Counted from the stretch's first letter, positions 16,896-27,580 are shown. The stretch: DNA of 39,453 nt from an uncultured Burkholderiales Genera incertae sedis bacterium (GCA_905479505.1 CAJQMS010000075.1:1-39453); one strand, 5' to 3'. Program-made: numbers and translations. The notes: generated by a model not told the origin, from the sequence alone.

Positions 16896-16960
16896 TCAAT
16901 ACAACCTTGATGTGTGGGTACCACACATTTGGAGCTTGACCCAAAAGGAGAACTACAGCA

Positions 16961-17737
16961 ATGGTTGATACCAAAAGTTTTTTCCGTCTTGACGATAAAG
17001 TTGCAATCATCACTGGGGCGAGTCGGGGAATAGGAAAAGCTATAGCGATAGCTTACGCTCGTTATGGAGCCAAGGTCGTCGTGTCGAGTAGGAAAATCGA
17101 AGCGTGCGAGAAAGTTGTCGAAGAGATTCGATCTTTCGGCGGAGAGGCAACTGCCACTGCCGCCAACATATCGGAAAAATCCAGCTTAGAAGACCTAGTG
17201 CGCTTCACTTTAAAGACATACAAATCTATTGATGTTCTGGTCTGCAATGCGGCATCGAACCCGTTCTTCGGGCCGCTAAAAGACATTCCGGACTCAGCTT
17301 TTGAGAAAATTTTAAAAAACAACATTCTGAGTAATCATTGGCTATCAAGTTTAGTTGCTCCCCACATGGAGGGCAAAAATGGCGGCTCAATACTTATTAT
17401 TTCCTCAATAGCAGGACTCAAAGGCTCGCCCGGGCTGGGAGCGTATGCAATTTCAAAAGCAGCCGACATGCAATTAGTGCGGAATCTAGCAATAGAATTA
17501 GGTGATAAAAATATCAAAATCAATGGCATCGCGCCAGGGCTAATTAAAACGGATTTTGCAAAAGCCCTGTGGGAAAACATAGAAACAAGGAAGCACTATG
17601 AGAAGAAAACAGCACTCCGAAGATTGGGAAATCCTGAAGACATCGCCGGAGTGGCACTTTTCTTAGCCTCGGCGGCCTCAGCGTATATTACCGGGCAAAC
17701 AATCGTGGCTGATGGAGGCATCACCATTACTGGTTAG
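16961..17737 (+). CDS. SDR-family oxidoreductase (FabG-like)
   Basis: TGASRGIGKA cofactor motif, NAAS, catalytic Y-x-x-x-K (YAISKAA), and C-terminal ITGQTIVADGG. Confidence 0.9.
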   Translation: MVDTKSFFRLDDKVAIITGASRGIGKAIAIAYARYGAKVVVSSRKIEACEKVVEEIRSFGGEATATAANISEKSSLEDLVRFTLKTYKSIDVLVCNAASNPFFGPLKDIPDSAFEKILKNNILSNHWLSSLVAPHMEGKNGGSILIISSIAGLKGSPGLGAYAISKAADMQLVRNLAIELGDKNIKINGIAPGLIKTDFAKALWENIETRKHYEKKTALRRLGNPEDIAGVALFLASAASAYITGQTIVADGGITITG

Positions 17738-17800
17738 GGCTTAAGACTAAAAAGTATCACCCTAAATCGTAGCATCTAACTTAACGAAAGCAGGAAGTAA

Positions 17801-18712
17801 ATGTCCGAATTCATTCTGCACCACTATCCTACGTCCCCAATTTCGGAAAAAATCCGAGTAGTCATGGGAATTAAAAAACTTACTTGGCGATCTGTGCAAA
17901 TACCCAACTTGCCACCCAAACCCGACGTGATTCCGCTTTCAGGGGGGTATAGGAGAACTCCGATCATGCAAATCGGTGCTGATATTTTTTGTGATAGCCA
18001 AACTATCTTGGCTGAAATCGAAAACCAATACCCAACAAAGATGAAGAATGCTGGGTTAATACAGGTAATTAACCACTGGTGTGATAACTTATTTGCACCG
18101 ATAGTGAAAGTAGCGATCGCGACATCGTCGAGTCGATTCCCGGAGGATTTTCTAAAAGACCGTCAAGCCTTGTTTTTGGGTGCATATCCCGACATGGATT
18201 CAGTTACTCGTCGCATTCCACATTACACAACACAAGTGAGAGCTCAGATGTCTTGGGCGAATGCAGCCCTACATGATAGTGGCGGCTTCCTCCTGGGTGA
18301 AGCACCATCAGTGCCAGACGCATCATTATTCGCTCTGGTCTGGTTTATTCGAAGGCGCTGGGAAAACGGTGAAGAATTTTTAACTGAATTTCCCGACATT
18401 TGTCGTTGGGAAAAAGCCATCACAGATATCGGACACGGGACATACGATGAAATGACTTCTCAAGAGGCATTAGATGTAGCCAACAACTCTGATATAGCGC
18501 CCGAAAACAACGGCGCCGACTCCGATGATCAAATTTTTTCAAAAGGAAATTATGTAAGAATTTCCTTTGATGGGAAATCTGGGGAACAACCAGTCTCGGG
18601 ACGCATACATTCTTTAGAGCGAAACAGAATAAGTTTAATCCACACCAATGATCGCGTTGGGACGGTTTGCATTCACTTTCCCAAGGTGGGATACCTAATT
18701 GAACATCTATGA
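17801..18712 (+). CDS. Glutathione S-transferase-like protein with an extra ~70-aa C-terminal domain
   Basis: GST N-terminal thioredoxin-like pattern: LHHYPTSPISEKIRVVMGIKKLTWRSVQIP....PLSGGYRRTPIMQIGADIFCDSQTILAEIE. The C-terminal segment (KGNYVRISFDG...VCIHFPKVGYLIE) has no family I recognise. Confidence 0.65.
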   Translation: MSEFILHHYPTSPISEKIRVVMGIKKLTWRSVQIPNLPPKPDVIPLSGGYRRTPIMQIGADIFCDSQTILAEIENQYPTKMKNAGLIQVINHWCDNLFAPIVKVAIATSSSRFPEDFLKDRQALFLGAYPDMDSVTRRIPHYTTQVRAQMSWANAALHDSGGFLLGEAPSVPDASLFALVWFIRRRWENGEEFLTEFPDICRWEKAITDIGHGTYDEMTSQEALDVANNSDIAPENNGADSDDQIFSKGNYVRISFDGKSGEQPVSGRIHSLERNRISLIHTNDRVGTVCIHFPKVGYLIEHL

Positions 18713-18746
18713 ATACTCCAACCGAACAATATAAGGAGAAGCTTAC

Positions 18747-19727
18747 GTGCAATTTGACAAAAAATTAGGTTCGCTAAAATCAATATTATTAATCTGTGCG
18801 TTAGCGACGATCGGTGTATCCGGGTGTTCCGAAAATACAGGTAACTCAAAAACTTATAAGTTGGTTACAGGCCCGCAGGGTGGCGCCTGGTACCCTCTAG
18901 GGGGTGCGCTAAAAGCACTGATAGAAAATGGACAGTCAGAGATCAAAGTTCAGGTTCTCCCTGGAGGGGGAGTTTCCAATGTCCTCGCTTTGCATACCGG
19001 TCAGGCTCAAATAGCCCTCGCACAAAGCGTTACAAGTCTAGATGCGATTGAAGGCAAAGCTCCATTTAAGGAACCTCTCCAAAACATTTGTAACATAGCC
19101 ACATTCTACCGACAGTACTTTCAAGTAGTGACGTTAGCCGAATCAGGTGTCAACAGCCCCTATGATTTGAAGGGCAAGGTATTGGCGACACAGCCCAGAG
19201 GGGCAACCGGAGAAGCAATCACCAATCACCTATTACTAGCACACGATATGGATTACAAAACCCTAGAGAATGTAAGTTTTGGGTCATATACAGATTCAGT
19301 CACACTGATGAAAGATGGAAATGCTGACGTATTTACTTTAACCACAACAATTCCTTCAGGTGCAGTGATGGACCTAGCGAGCTCTCGGACAATGAAACTC
19401 ATGCCAATGAGTATAGAGTCGCACAAAAAAATGCTAAAAATTAATTCCAAGTATGAACGAGGAGTCATCCCAAAAGGAACATATCCTGAACAAAATGAGG
19501 ACGTGCCGACGATTTTCTGGTACACCCACCTCGCTGCTCGATGTGATGTGAGCAATGATGTCGTAGCTCATATCCTCGACGTTGTGCAGTCTGGTTCAAA
19601 TGAGCTCGTCTCAGTCACAAGAGCAATAGAAGGCCTTGATATGGCAACTATGACCCGTGACATTGGTGTACCAATGCACCCAGGAGCAACTCAATGGTAT
19701 GCCGAGCAAGAGCAAGAGCAAGATTAA
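18747..19727 (+). CDS. TAXI-family TRAP transporter solute-binding lipoprotein
   Basis: Lipobox LATIGVSGC. TAXI pattern GPQGGAWYPLGGALKALI...VLPGGGVSNVLALHTGQAQIALAQS. GTG start with AAGGAG 8 nt upstream. The C-terminus ends in an (EQ)3 repeat from a gagcaa x3 tandem. Confidence 0.85.
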   Translation: MQFDKKLGSLKSILLICALATIGVSGCSENTGNSKTYKLVTGPQGGAWYPLGGALKALIENGQSEIKVQVLPGGGVSNVLALHTGQAQIALAQSVTSLDAIEGKAPFKEPLQNICNIATFYRQYFQVVTLAESGVNSPYDLKGKVLATQPRGATGEAITNHLLLAHDMDYKTLENVSFGSYTDSVTLMKDGNADVFTLTTTIPSGAVMDLASSRTMKLMPMSIESHKKMLKINSKYERGVIPKGTYPEQNEDVPTIFWYTHLAARCDVSNDVVAHILDVVQSGSNELVSVTRAIEGLDMATMTRDIGVPMHPGATQWYAEQEQEQD

Positions 19728-19755
19728 AATCTACTAATGTCTGGGAATATATAAG

Positions 19756-21609
19756 GTGACACTAAAACCAGCCAAGTTTATGACAACAATCATATCTTTC
19801 GTTGCGCTCTCGATGTCTGGTTTTCATTTATATATTGCGTGGCAGGGCCCACCGGATGCATTGACGCTTCGAGCCGTGCATTTGGCTTTTGCCTTAATAC
19901 TAGTATTTCTAACTAGCGCCACTAAAAGAGATTCAAAACTGGGATTTAGATTCGACTCTTTGATCTTAATCATACTAACCATCGTAACTTGTGGTTATCT
20001 GGTCCTTCAACAAGACTATATCGTCAGTCGAATGGTTTACGTCGACCCATTAAGGCACATAGATTGGACCTTAGGCATTATAACGGTGTTACTTGTTCTA
20101 GAAGGCACCCGGCGAGCCGTAGGATGGGCTCTGCCAGTCACGGCCATCGCCTTCCTAGCGTATGCACTCACAATCGGAGGCGTTGACTTTGAGCGAGTCA
20201 CCGAACAAATGTATATGGGCACAGAGGGGATTCTAGGCATCCCTTTGTATGTTTCCGCTACATATGTGATGCTATTTATCCTTTTCGGCGCACTCGTGGA
20301 GAGAACTGGTACGGGTGCATTATTTATGGACTTTGCTATGGGTCTTGCTGGTCACTCCGCTGGAGGGCCCGCAAAAGTCTCTTGCATCACAAGTGGAATG
20401 TTCGGCACCGTCTCAGGAAGCGCCGTAGCCAACGTGATGACCACTGGCGCCTTCACCATCCCCTTGATGAAACGACTTGGCTACAAACCCGCCTTCTCGG
20501 GTTCTGTCGAAGCAGTCGCTTCAACAGGTGGACAGATAATGCCTCCCATCATGGGAGCGACAGCATTCATAATGGCCGAATTTCTCGGCATAAGCTATCT
20601 CAAAGTCGCTATGTACGCGCTTTTACCGGCGCTTTTATACTACGTCGCCTTGTTTTTAAGTATTCATTTCGAGGCAAAAAAGAATGGAATGCATGGTTTA
20701 AAAAAATCAGAGCTCCCTAAAGTATCAAAGGTACTCAAAGAGCGTGGACATTTGTTCCTTCCCTTATTCATAATTGTTGGGACACTGCTCTTAGGGTTCA
20801 GCGCACCTTTCGCAGCCCTGTGTGGAATTGCCAGCACCATCCCCACCGCACTACTTAGAAAAACGACACGCCAATATATTAATCTTGAAAATATTCTCAA
20901 AGCTTTAGAAGAAGGTGCAAAAAATACCGTTACTGTCGCACTATCCTGTGCCTGTGCAGGGATTGTTATCGGTGTGATTTTCATCACGGGTTTAGGCTTA
21001 GAGTTCACGAATTTAGTACTCTCTGCAGCAGACAACCATCTTTTCTTAGCGCTAGTTTTAACCAGTTTTGCTGGCATATTACTCGGGATGGGAATGCCCA
21101 CGGCACCGGCCTATATTATGCAGACAGCTCTTCTCGTCCCGGCACTTGTCAAGCTTGGAGTGATTGTTGAAGCCGCACACATGTTTGTGTTTTATTTTGC
21201 CATTCTCTCAGCCATTACCCCACCAGTTGCGCTCGCGGTCTATGCGGCAAATGGGATTTCTCGCGCATCCATATGGGATTCAAGTATAGCTGCACTTAGA
21301 CTTGGGGCAACGGGTTATATTATTCCGTTTATGTTTGTGTTTGGTCCGTCACTTTTGCTAATCGGTAGCGGTATAGAAATTCTGCAAACAAGCATAACGG
21401 CAATTATAGGAGTCGTTTGCTTGGCCTCGGGGTTATCTGGTTACCTCTTCAAAGTCACCTCCATTTGGGAACGACTAAGCTTGTTGGCTGCGGCATTAGT
21501 CCTTATTAAACCTGGTTTAGAGACTGATATTGTCGGGGCGGCATTTATACTGTTTACACTTGTGGGACAGCTAAGAAATAGAGTAAAAGTAGATTCGACG
21601 ACTAATTAA
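19756..21609 (+). CDS. TRAP transporter fused permease (TAXI-type 4TM/12TM fusion)
   Basis: 617-aa polytopic membrane protein immediately downstream of the TAXI binding protein. GGPAKVSCITSGMFGTVSGSAVANV is typical of DctM-like large subunits. The start (GTG 19756 or a downstream ATG) is uncertain. Confidence 0.85.
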   Translation: MTLKPAKFMTTIISFVALSMSGFHLYIAWQGPPDALTLRAVHLAFALILVFLTSATKRDSKLGFRFDSLILIILTIVTCGYLVLQQDYIVSRMVYVDPLRHIDWTLGIITVLLVLEGTRRAVGWALPVTAIAFLAYALTIGGVDFERVTEQMYMGTEGILGIPLYVSATYVMLFILFGALVERTGTGALFMDFAMGLAGHSAGGPAKVSCITSGMFGTVSGSAVANVMTTGAFTIPLMKRLGYKPAFSGSVEAVASTGGQIMPPIMGATAFIMAEFLGISYLKVAMYALLPALLYYVALFLSIHFEAKKNGMHGLKKSELPKVSKVLKERGHLFLPLFIIVGTLLLGFSAPFAALCGIASTIPTALLRKTTRQYINLENILKALEEGAKNTVTVALSCACAGIVIGVIFITGLGLEFTNLVLSAADNHLFLALVLTSFAGILLGMGMPTAPAYIMQTALLVPALVKLGVIVEAAHMFVFYFAILSAITPPVALAVYAANGISRASIWDSSIAALRLGATGYIIPFMFVFGPSLLLIGSGIEILQTSITAIIGVVCLASGLSGYLFKVTSIWERLSLLAAALVLIKPGLETDIVGAAFILFTLVGQLRNRVKVDSTTN

Positions 21610-21699
21610 CGAGTCGATTAATCAACCTAAGGTGACTCTTTTTACTACTGAATGTGATTTCTAAATTACAATACTGGATTATCACTTTGAGACAACATA

Positions 21700-22419
21700 A
21701 TGTTTGATTGGATCGCTTCCCCTGAGGCATGGATCGCACTAGGAACACTCACGGCGTTGGAAATCGTTCTAGGTATCGACAATATAATATTTCTTTCGAT
21801 ATTAGTTAACCGCTTACCGGAGAGACAACGTAATCTAGCGAGGCGTCTTGGGCTATCGCTTGCGATGATTGCAAGGCTTGGCCTGCTTTTCTCCCTCTCG
21901 TGGGTTATGTCACTTCGAGAACCTATCATTTCGTTTGAGCAGTTTAGCGTTTCCGGTCGAGACCTCATTTTGTTTTTCGGTGGGCTTTTCCTAATAGGAA
22001 AAGCAGTCCAGGAGATATATGAGGCCCTGACCGGAATGACATCTGAACGAACTTCAAGCGGCAGAGCTAGCTTACTTTCTATACTGATTCAAATTGCGAT
22101 TCTAGACATAGTTTTTTCACTAGACTCAGTTATTACTGCTGTCGGTTTAGTGGACCAGTTAAGCATAATGGTTATCGCTATCGTTGCGGCTGTTGGTGTA
22201 ATGATGTTTGCAGCCGAGGCAATTGGTAATTTTGTGGACAGGCATCCGACCATAAAAATACTCGCCTTAGCGTTTTTGATCTTAGTTGGTGTCGTGTTAG
22301 TTTTCGAGTGCTTTCAGGTGCATATTCCGAAGTCTTATATATACTTCGCCATGGCATTTTCTCTATCAGTAGAGCTGATCAACATCAAAACACGATTGAC
22401 ACAACACAAATCCAGTTAA
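21700..22419 (+). CDS. TerC-family integral membrane protein
   Basis: The N-terminus WIALGTLTALEIVLGIDNIIFLSILVNRLP and the second repeat IAILDIVFSLDSVITAVG are the duplicated TerC motifs. Length is 239 aa, with no CorC/CBS extension. Confidence 0.85.
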   Translation: MFDWIASPEAWIALGTLTALEIVLGIDNIIFLSILVNRLPERQRNLARRLGLSLAMIARLGLLFSLSWVMSLREPIISFEQFSVSGRDLILFFGGLFLIGKAVQEIYEALTGMTSERTSSGRASLLSILIQIAILDIVFSLDSVITAVGLVDQLSIMVIAIVAAVGVMMFAAEAIGNFVDRHPTIKILALAFLILVGVVLVFECFQVHIPKSYIYFAMAFSLSVELINIKTRLTQHKSS

Positions 22420-22430
22420 CGAAGTTTTAG

Positions 22431-23354
22431 TTAAGTGTTTAAAAAATTAAGTGGCAACCCTGGGCAGTGCCATTGAAATGAGTAGAGTCGACCAAGTCCC
22501 GATGAAGTTACAAATGCAGTTTTAAGATCCGGCCCACCAAAACACACGTTCGTGACCATCAAATCGAAATCAGGAACAGGAACACGAGCTCTGACTTCTC
22601 CCGAAGGGGCGATGGCTGTCACACAGCCCGTACCTAGCGTCGCGACTACAACATTCCCCTCAGAGTCAACTGCGAGTGAATCAAGGCGTTCATATCCGTA
22701 GAATTTATGTAAAAGTCGACCTGGCCAAAAAGGACTTGGGCCATTTTTCTTCAGTACACCTGGAGACTCAATATCGAAAGCCCATAGCCTAGCGGCATTG
22801 GTTTCCGCTACATATAACGTTTTCTCATCTGGAGACAGTCCTATCCCATTTGGAGTATCAAACGGATGAACTAGCTCAACGATCATCGATCCGTCTACCT
22901 TCGCATAAAAAATCGCACCTCGATCGATTTGTCTTCCACGACGTTTTCCAAGGTCAGTAAAATAAAATCCTCCCTGACGATCGAAAACAATGTCGTTTGG
23001 CCCTTTTAAGGACTCTCCCTCACACTCCTTGAAAACCGTACAAACCTCACCAGTTTCGAGATCTACCGATTGAATCGATCCACCGTCATAGTCTTCGGGC
23101 AACGTCTCTCCTGGACGATTAAATGCTCCTATTTTTGACCATACAAAACCACCGTTATTACAAATGTACATCTTGCCATCTGGCCCAAGCGCTGCGCCAT
23201 TCGGACCACCACCACAGTCAGCCACAATTGTTTGAGTCCCGTCTGGAGCCACTCTCGTGAGGCTCTTGCGTTCGATTTCCACCAGTAAAATAGATCCATC
23301 TGGCATCGCTACAGGTCCTTCTGGAAACATTAACCCACGACAAATTTCTTTCAC
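22431..23354 (-). CDS. SMP-30/gluconolactonase/LRE-family beta-propeller hydrolase
   Basis: FPEGPVAMPDGSILLVE..., GGPNGAALGPDG, NDIVFD..GGFYFTD and PNGIGLSPDEKTLYVAE are propeller-blade signatures. I prefer the GTG at 23354 (GGAGGAG SD 8 nt upstream) over the track's TTG at 23387. Confidence 0.85.
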   Translation of the reverse strand: MKEICRGLMFPEGPVAMPDGSILLVEIERKSLTRVAPDGTQTIVADCGGGPNGAALGPDGKMYICNNGGFVWSKIGAFNRPGETLPEDYDGGSIQSVDLETGEVCTVFKECEGESLKGPNDIVFDRQGGFYFTDLGKRRGRQIDRGAIFYAKVDGSMIVELVHPFDTPNGIGLSPDEKTLYVAETNAARLWAFDIESPGVLKKNGPSPFWPGRLLHKFYGYERLDSLAVDSEGNVVVATLGTGCVTAIAPSGEVRARVPVPDFDLMVTNVCFGGPDLKTAFVTSSGLGRLYSFQWHCPGLPLNFLNT

Positions 23355-23394
23355 TTTAATTTCTCCTCCGTAATATGGAAATCCCAAAAATACT

Positions 23395-24192
23395 CTAAAG
23401 CATTAGTAAACCACCATCAACATGATAAGACTGTCCTGTTATAAAGTCAGAATCTTTGGACGCTAAGAAACATGCCATTGAGGCCACATCCTCAGGCTTT
23501 TGTGCTCGCCCCATCGGCACACCTTTTACCCGCTCAGACCATACTGATCCCGTTGGCTTTCCCTCGATAGCAGCCCACTGAGCATCAATCTTTACCCACA
23601 TCTCCGTATCGACTGGACCGGGACAAATACTGTTGACCGTAACTTTTGGCGAAAACTCTGACGCGCCGGATTGTGTGATCATAATAACCGCTGCCTTACT
23701 TGCAGAGTAAGCACAGATTAGCCCCCTTCCCGATCGACCCGCAATGGAAGACATATTAATAATTTTGCCTGTCGGTCTTCCATCCGCTAAAGGAACTTGA
23801 CTGAGCATCTGTCTAGCACATGCTTGAACGCTGAAAAACAAGCCTCTCGCATTCACGCTTTGCATATAGTCCCAATCTTGAGTCGTAGTTTCCAGGAATG
23901 ATTTAACTCGAATAACCCCTGCATTGTTTACCATGACATCTATACGACCATAATACTCAGTAGACTCATCAATCATTCTTGACGATGCCTCAGGGTCCGA
24001 GATATCTATGGATAACGGTAAAACATCCACCCCATGCTCTGAAAGTTCGCTAGCGAGAGACGTGACCGCGTCCTGATTGATATCGGCTAGGACTAATCGA
24101 GCACCCTCTGAGGCGTACCGTCTAGCGATTGCCTCGCCAATCCCACGACCTGCTCCTGTGATAATGGCTACCACATTATTTAATCTAGTCAT
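23395..24192 (-). CDS. SDR-family oxidoreductase
   Basis: ITGAGRGIGEAIA, NNAG, YSASKAA and ITGQSYHVDGG. The ATG at 24192 gives the typical short SDR N-terminus; the track's GTG at 24216 is less likely. Confidence 0.9.
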   Translation of the reverse strand: MTRLNNVVAIITGAGRGIGEAIARRYASEGARLVLADINQDAVTSLASELSEHGVDVLPLSIDISDPEASSRMIDESTEYYGRIDVMVNNAGVIRVKSFLETTTQDWDYMQSVNARGLFFSVQACARQMLSQVPLADGRPTGKIINMSSIAGRSGRGLICAYSASKAAVIMITQSGASEFSPKVTVNSICPGPVDTEMWVKIDAQWAAIEGKPTGSVWSERVKGVPMGRAQKPEDVASMACFLASKDSDFITGQSYHVDGGLLML

Positions 24193-24219
24193 TGATATTC
24201 GTCCCGATAAAAACACCGA

Positions 24220-25644
24220 CTAGTCGATATGAGGTCTCTCCAAGTGCCATCGAGTTTTCTCCTGAAATGATCGAGCGATTTTTAATATCTTAATCTCATC
24301 AAATGGCTTTCCATAGATCATAAGTCCAATTGGTAAACCCTGTAAATTAAAGCCACAAGGAACAGTCACTGCACTTAAATTAAGTATGTTACCGATTGCC
24401 GTATTACGTAAACAACTGACATTGATTTTCGAATAAGCGTCGAGACTTGAGTGACAAAAAGCAACCGATACCGGGGGCGTCATTACGGTGGGCACTAGAA
24501 CCGCATCCACCGTTTCAAAAAACTGTTTTACATCGTTTCTAATAGCTTTAAGGCCAGCTTGAATGTCGAGGTAGTCAACTGCGCTAACCTCTTTGCCTTT
24601 AATCAGTCTGTGAGATACTGCCGGATCAAGCTCATCAAAATGCTCTTCTATCAATTTTCTATTGGAATAATAAGCCTCTGCGGCAATGACTAACCCTTTA
24701 GGGTTTAACCTAAGAGCCGCGTCAGCCATCTCGAATGATCGGTATTCAACCTTAGCTCCTAAATCAGCGAACACAGTTGATGTGGCTTGCACAGATGCTT
24801 CAACTTCTGGGTCGCAATCATCAAAAAAAATATTTTGAGCGTAAGCTAATCGTTGCTTGCTCATAAAGCCGTCAAGTTCTTTGCTATGCGGCTCCGAAAT
24901 TCGTTGGAACGCCTTCATGGATGAATCATCTTCGTCATGCGTGGCAATTAAGCGATAGACCAGTTCTGCATCCGATGCGTCTCGAGTGAGTGGGCCCACA
25001 GAATCAAGCGTCCAGCTCAGAGGGTAAACGCCCCGACGACTCACTTGACCGACCGTTGTTTTAAGCCCCGTTACGCTATTAAAGGCAGCGGGGATACGCA
25101 CTGAACCACCCGTATCGCTACCCAACGCCATCGGCACAAGACCGGCACCTACCGCCACTCCCGACCCACTACTAGAGCCTCCCGGCACGTGATGCTCTTT
25201 GGACCAAGGATTAAACGGGGTTCCAAGATCATTATTAATGCCAACACCACCATAAGCGAATTGGACTGTATGTGTTTTACCGACTAAAACAGCTCCGAGC
25301 TCCTGTAAACGACTTACGACATAAGCATCCTGACTAGGAATATTTTCACGGAGCAGCTCGGTGCCGGCTCGAGTCGGCACGCCCGCGACGTCGTACAAGT
25401 CTTTGAGGGCATAAGGAATACCGTGCAGAGGACCGCGATCAAGGCCCGCTTTGATCTCATCGTCAGCTGCTCTAGCATGTTTAAGCGCCCGAAGTTCAAA
25501 AACCTCAACGAATGCATTGAGCTTTTTGTTAAACCGATTGATTCGCTCTAAATAATTCCGAGTAATGCACTCTGAGGTTAACTCTCCAGACCGAATCTTT
25601 TGCCCTAAGTCGGTTATGGACGCGAACGGATCGAATGAGTTCAA
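24220..25644 (-). CDS. Amidase-signature family amidase
   Basis: Amidase signature GGSSSGSGVAVGAGLVPMALGSDTGGSVRIPAAFNSVTGLKTT, with the catalytic Ser-cisSer-Lys context. TTG start at 25644 with GAGGAG 8 nt upstream; an in-frame stop lies just upstream. Confidence 0.9.
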   Translation of the reverse strand: MNSFDPFASITDLGQKIRSGELTSECITRNYLERINRFNKKLNAFVEVFELRALKHARAADDEIKAGLDRGPLHGIPYALKDLYDVAGVPTRAGTELLRENIPSQDAYVVSRLQELGAVLVGKTHTVQFAYGGVGINNDLGTPFNPWSKEHHVPGGSSSGSGVAVGAGLVPMALGSDTGGSVRIPAAFNSVTGLKTTVGQVSRRGVYPLSWTLDSVGPLTRDASDAELVYRLIATHDEDDSSMKAFQRISEPHSKELDGFMSKQRLAYAQNIFFDDCDPEVEASVQATSTVFADLGAKVEYRSFEMADAALRLNPKGLVIAAEAYYSNRKLIEEHFDELDPAVSHRLIKGKEVSAVDYLDIQAGLKAIRNDVKQFFETVDAVLVPTVMTPPVSVAFCHSSLDAYSKINVSCLRNTAIGNILNLSAVTVPCGFNLQGLPIGLMIYGKPFDEIKILKIARSFQEKTRWHLERPHID

Positions 25645-25715
25645 AATGAATACTCCTCATAATTTTTAAAAACATTAACTGAATTAGGATGCCACAAAAT
25701 ACCTCAGACGATTAC

Positions 25716-26477
25716 TCATCCCCCCAGTAGGGCGGGCAAAACGTCAGTGATTGAACCTCTTAGAACCACATCGGCTATGTTGTCATAGTGAGTTTCTTGA
25801 TGATTGACGATGACCACGCCGGCACATGCAGTTTTGGCGGCATCAACAACACCCGCAATTGGATAAACCTGAAGCGTCGAGCCCACACACAAAAGAAGAT
25901 CGCAATTATTTACAAAATCAAAAGCGGCTTTAATTTTTTTTTCGTCTAACGGTTGTCCAAATGAGATAGTGTCGCTTTTTAAAATACCACCACAACTCAA
26001 GCAAGTCGGATCCAAATCTCCAGACTTCACACGCTTAAGCTCTGAACGCATGCTCGTTTTTTTATTGCAAGACATGCATACCACCTTATGTATCGTACCG
26101 TGGATTTCTATCACTGTGTCCGGTTTGTTTCCTGCACTTTGGTGCAAACCATCAATATTTTGCGTGATTAATGCCAGCAGTTTTCCTGAAGACTCAAATG
26201 ACGCCAACGAGTAGTGCGCGTCGTTAGGATTCGCACTTAAAGCTGGATGATGCAAGCGAGACTGCCAAGATAGTCGTCTAACCTCTGGGTCCGACATGTA
26301 GAACCGAATGTCAGACATTTTTTCCGCTAAAGGGTTTTCTGTCCACAATCCCTTAGGGCCACGAAAATCAGGAATACCTGAACCGGTCGAAATTCCAGCA
26401 CCAGTCAAAACAACCACAGAAGAGGCTTCGCCGATCATAACTTGGGCATGGCTTAGTTTCGAAGCTTCAGTGAACAT
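25716..26477 (-). CDS. cobB: NAD+-dependent protein deacylase, Sir2 family (CobB-like sirtuin)
   Basis: GAGISTGSGIPDFRGPKGLW, QNIDGLH with the catalytic H in IEIHG, and Zn ribbon CMSC...CLSCGG. Length is 253 aa. The start lies 5 nt after the upstream esterase stop. Confidence 0.85.
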   Translation of the reverse strand: MFTEASKLSHAQVMIGEASSVVVLTGAGISTGSGIPDFRGPKGLWTENPLAEKMSDIRFYMSDPEVRRLSWQSRLHHPALSANPNDAHYSLASFESSGKLLALITQNIDGLHQSAGNKPDTVIEIHGTIHKVVCMSCNKKTSMRSELKRVKSGDLDPTCLSCGGILKSDTISFGQPLDEKKIKAAFDFVNNCDLLLCVGSTLQVYPIAGVVDAAKTACAGVVIVNHQETHYDNIADVVLRGSITDVLPALLGG

Positions 26478-26482
26478 CGAGA

Positions 26483-27580
26483 CTACCTAATTACGTCAAA
26501 GAGAAAGGGCAACACTCGATCAAGACGATAATCTAGATCCGAATGGTTATCGTCAAACTCTTCGTATGTGTGATTAACCTTAAGACCATGCAGTTTTTTC
26601 GACAAGATACGTGTCCCGTAATGGATAAAATATTGATCGCTAGTTCCACACTCAATCCATAACCCACCTAACTTCTTCAAATTTTTTTCATAACGCTCGG
26701 CTAGATGTATCGGGTCGTGGGCCAACCAACGCCTCCATCGCGAGGGAATTAACTCCCCCGTATCCATATCAAAAGGAACTTTAAATCCAAGAGGAACACT
26801 CGGGTCTGGATCATATGATGCCGCCATGCACAAGCTCATCAGACAGTGGCCCTCTGAGAATGTTATTTTTTCTCGAGACCATACTGAATTCAAAAAACGT
26901 TTCATTCGTCCATCATCAACACCTTGAGATATAAGGTCCCGTCTTAGTCTTTCGCGCTTCGAGTTGCTCACAGGTAGATAGCTAGTTCGTGTGAATTTAG
27001 CTAAAGTATCTAGGGTGTTGGGCCAGTCACGCCGATAAATAAAATCAAAGTAAGCATCGCCAGAAAGATTACCAATTGCACCCCAGACGTCAGGGTGCTT
27101 CATACCCTGAAGCATAGCTCCGTATCCACCAGATGATTTTCCAAAACATGCTCGATTTTTTGCGCTTGGCTTAGTTCGAAAATTTTTATCTACGAAAGGA
27201 ACTAATTCCTGAATTAAATAATCGTCGTAGCTACCTAAAGCCGAGGAGTTAACGTATTGATTACCGCCAAGCGAAGTAAAGCAGTCAGGGAATACCACGA
27301 TCAAAGATCCGATGGTCTCTTCGAAAGTGAGACGCTCTAGCCGTTGCTTCATATTCTCAGCGAAAGGTTTCCAATTGAGTCGAGCCGGGCCGGCCGAGGT
27401 GAATCCGGCCAAATCGTAAACCACCGGATACCGTTGGGTAGTGGACGAGTATCCCGGTGGAAGCCAGACCATGAGATCCCGTCGAATTGGATCTTTAAAC
27501 TGATTACCTTTTAGAACCTTGGATACGTGAGCGATCCGCACTAATTCCCCTAAGGGATAATTTTTATATTTCAAAGGCAT
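26483..27580 (-). CDS. Alpha/beta-hydrolase 'putative esterase' family protein (esterase D / enterochelin-esterase-like)
   Basis: YPVVYDLAGFTSAG, a nucleophile elbow G-x-S-x-G in FGKSSGGYGA, and a downstream DxxxxH region. Length is 365 aa. Confidence 0.7.
   Translation of the reverse strand: MPLKYKNYPLGELVRIAHVSKVLKGNQFKDPIRRDLMVWLPPGYSSTTQRYPVVYDLAGFTSAGPARLNWKPFAENMKQRLERLTFEETIGSLIVVFPDCFTSLGGNQYVNSSALGSYDDYLIQELVPFVDKNFRTKPSAKNRACFGKSSGGYGAMLQGMKHPDVWGAIGNLSGDAYFDFIYRRDWPNTLDTLAKFTRTSYLPVSNSKRERLRRDLISQGVDDGRMKRFLNSVWSREKITFSEGHCLMSLCMAASYDPDPSVPLGFKVPFDMDTGELIPSRWRRWLAHDPIHLAERYEKNLKKLGGLWIECGTSDQYFIHYGTRILSKKLHGLKVNHTYEEFDDNHSDLDYRLDRVLPFLFDVIR

Noticed and set aside
21610-21699. Possible yybP-ykoY (Mn2+) riboswitch upstream of the TerC-family gene; also a weak GAGTC...GACTC-TTTTT hairpin after the TRAP permease
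   Set aside because: The spacer is only 90 nt and lacks the conserved GGGGAGUAG-type core. The hairpin has a 5-bp stem with an 18-nt loop, too weak to call a terminator with confidence.
25716-26477. Sir2 domain as a possible anti-phage effector (Thoeris ThsA, DSR or SIR2-HerA-like)
   Set aside because: It is a small 253-aa protein with the intact CobB-type Zn ribbon and a canonical deacylase architecture. It has no SLOG/TIR/HerA/pAgo partner and is embedded in a catabolic operon.
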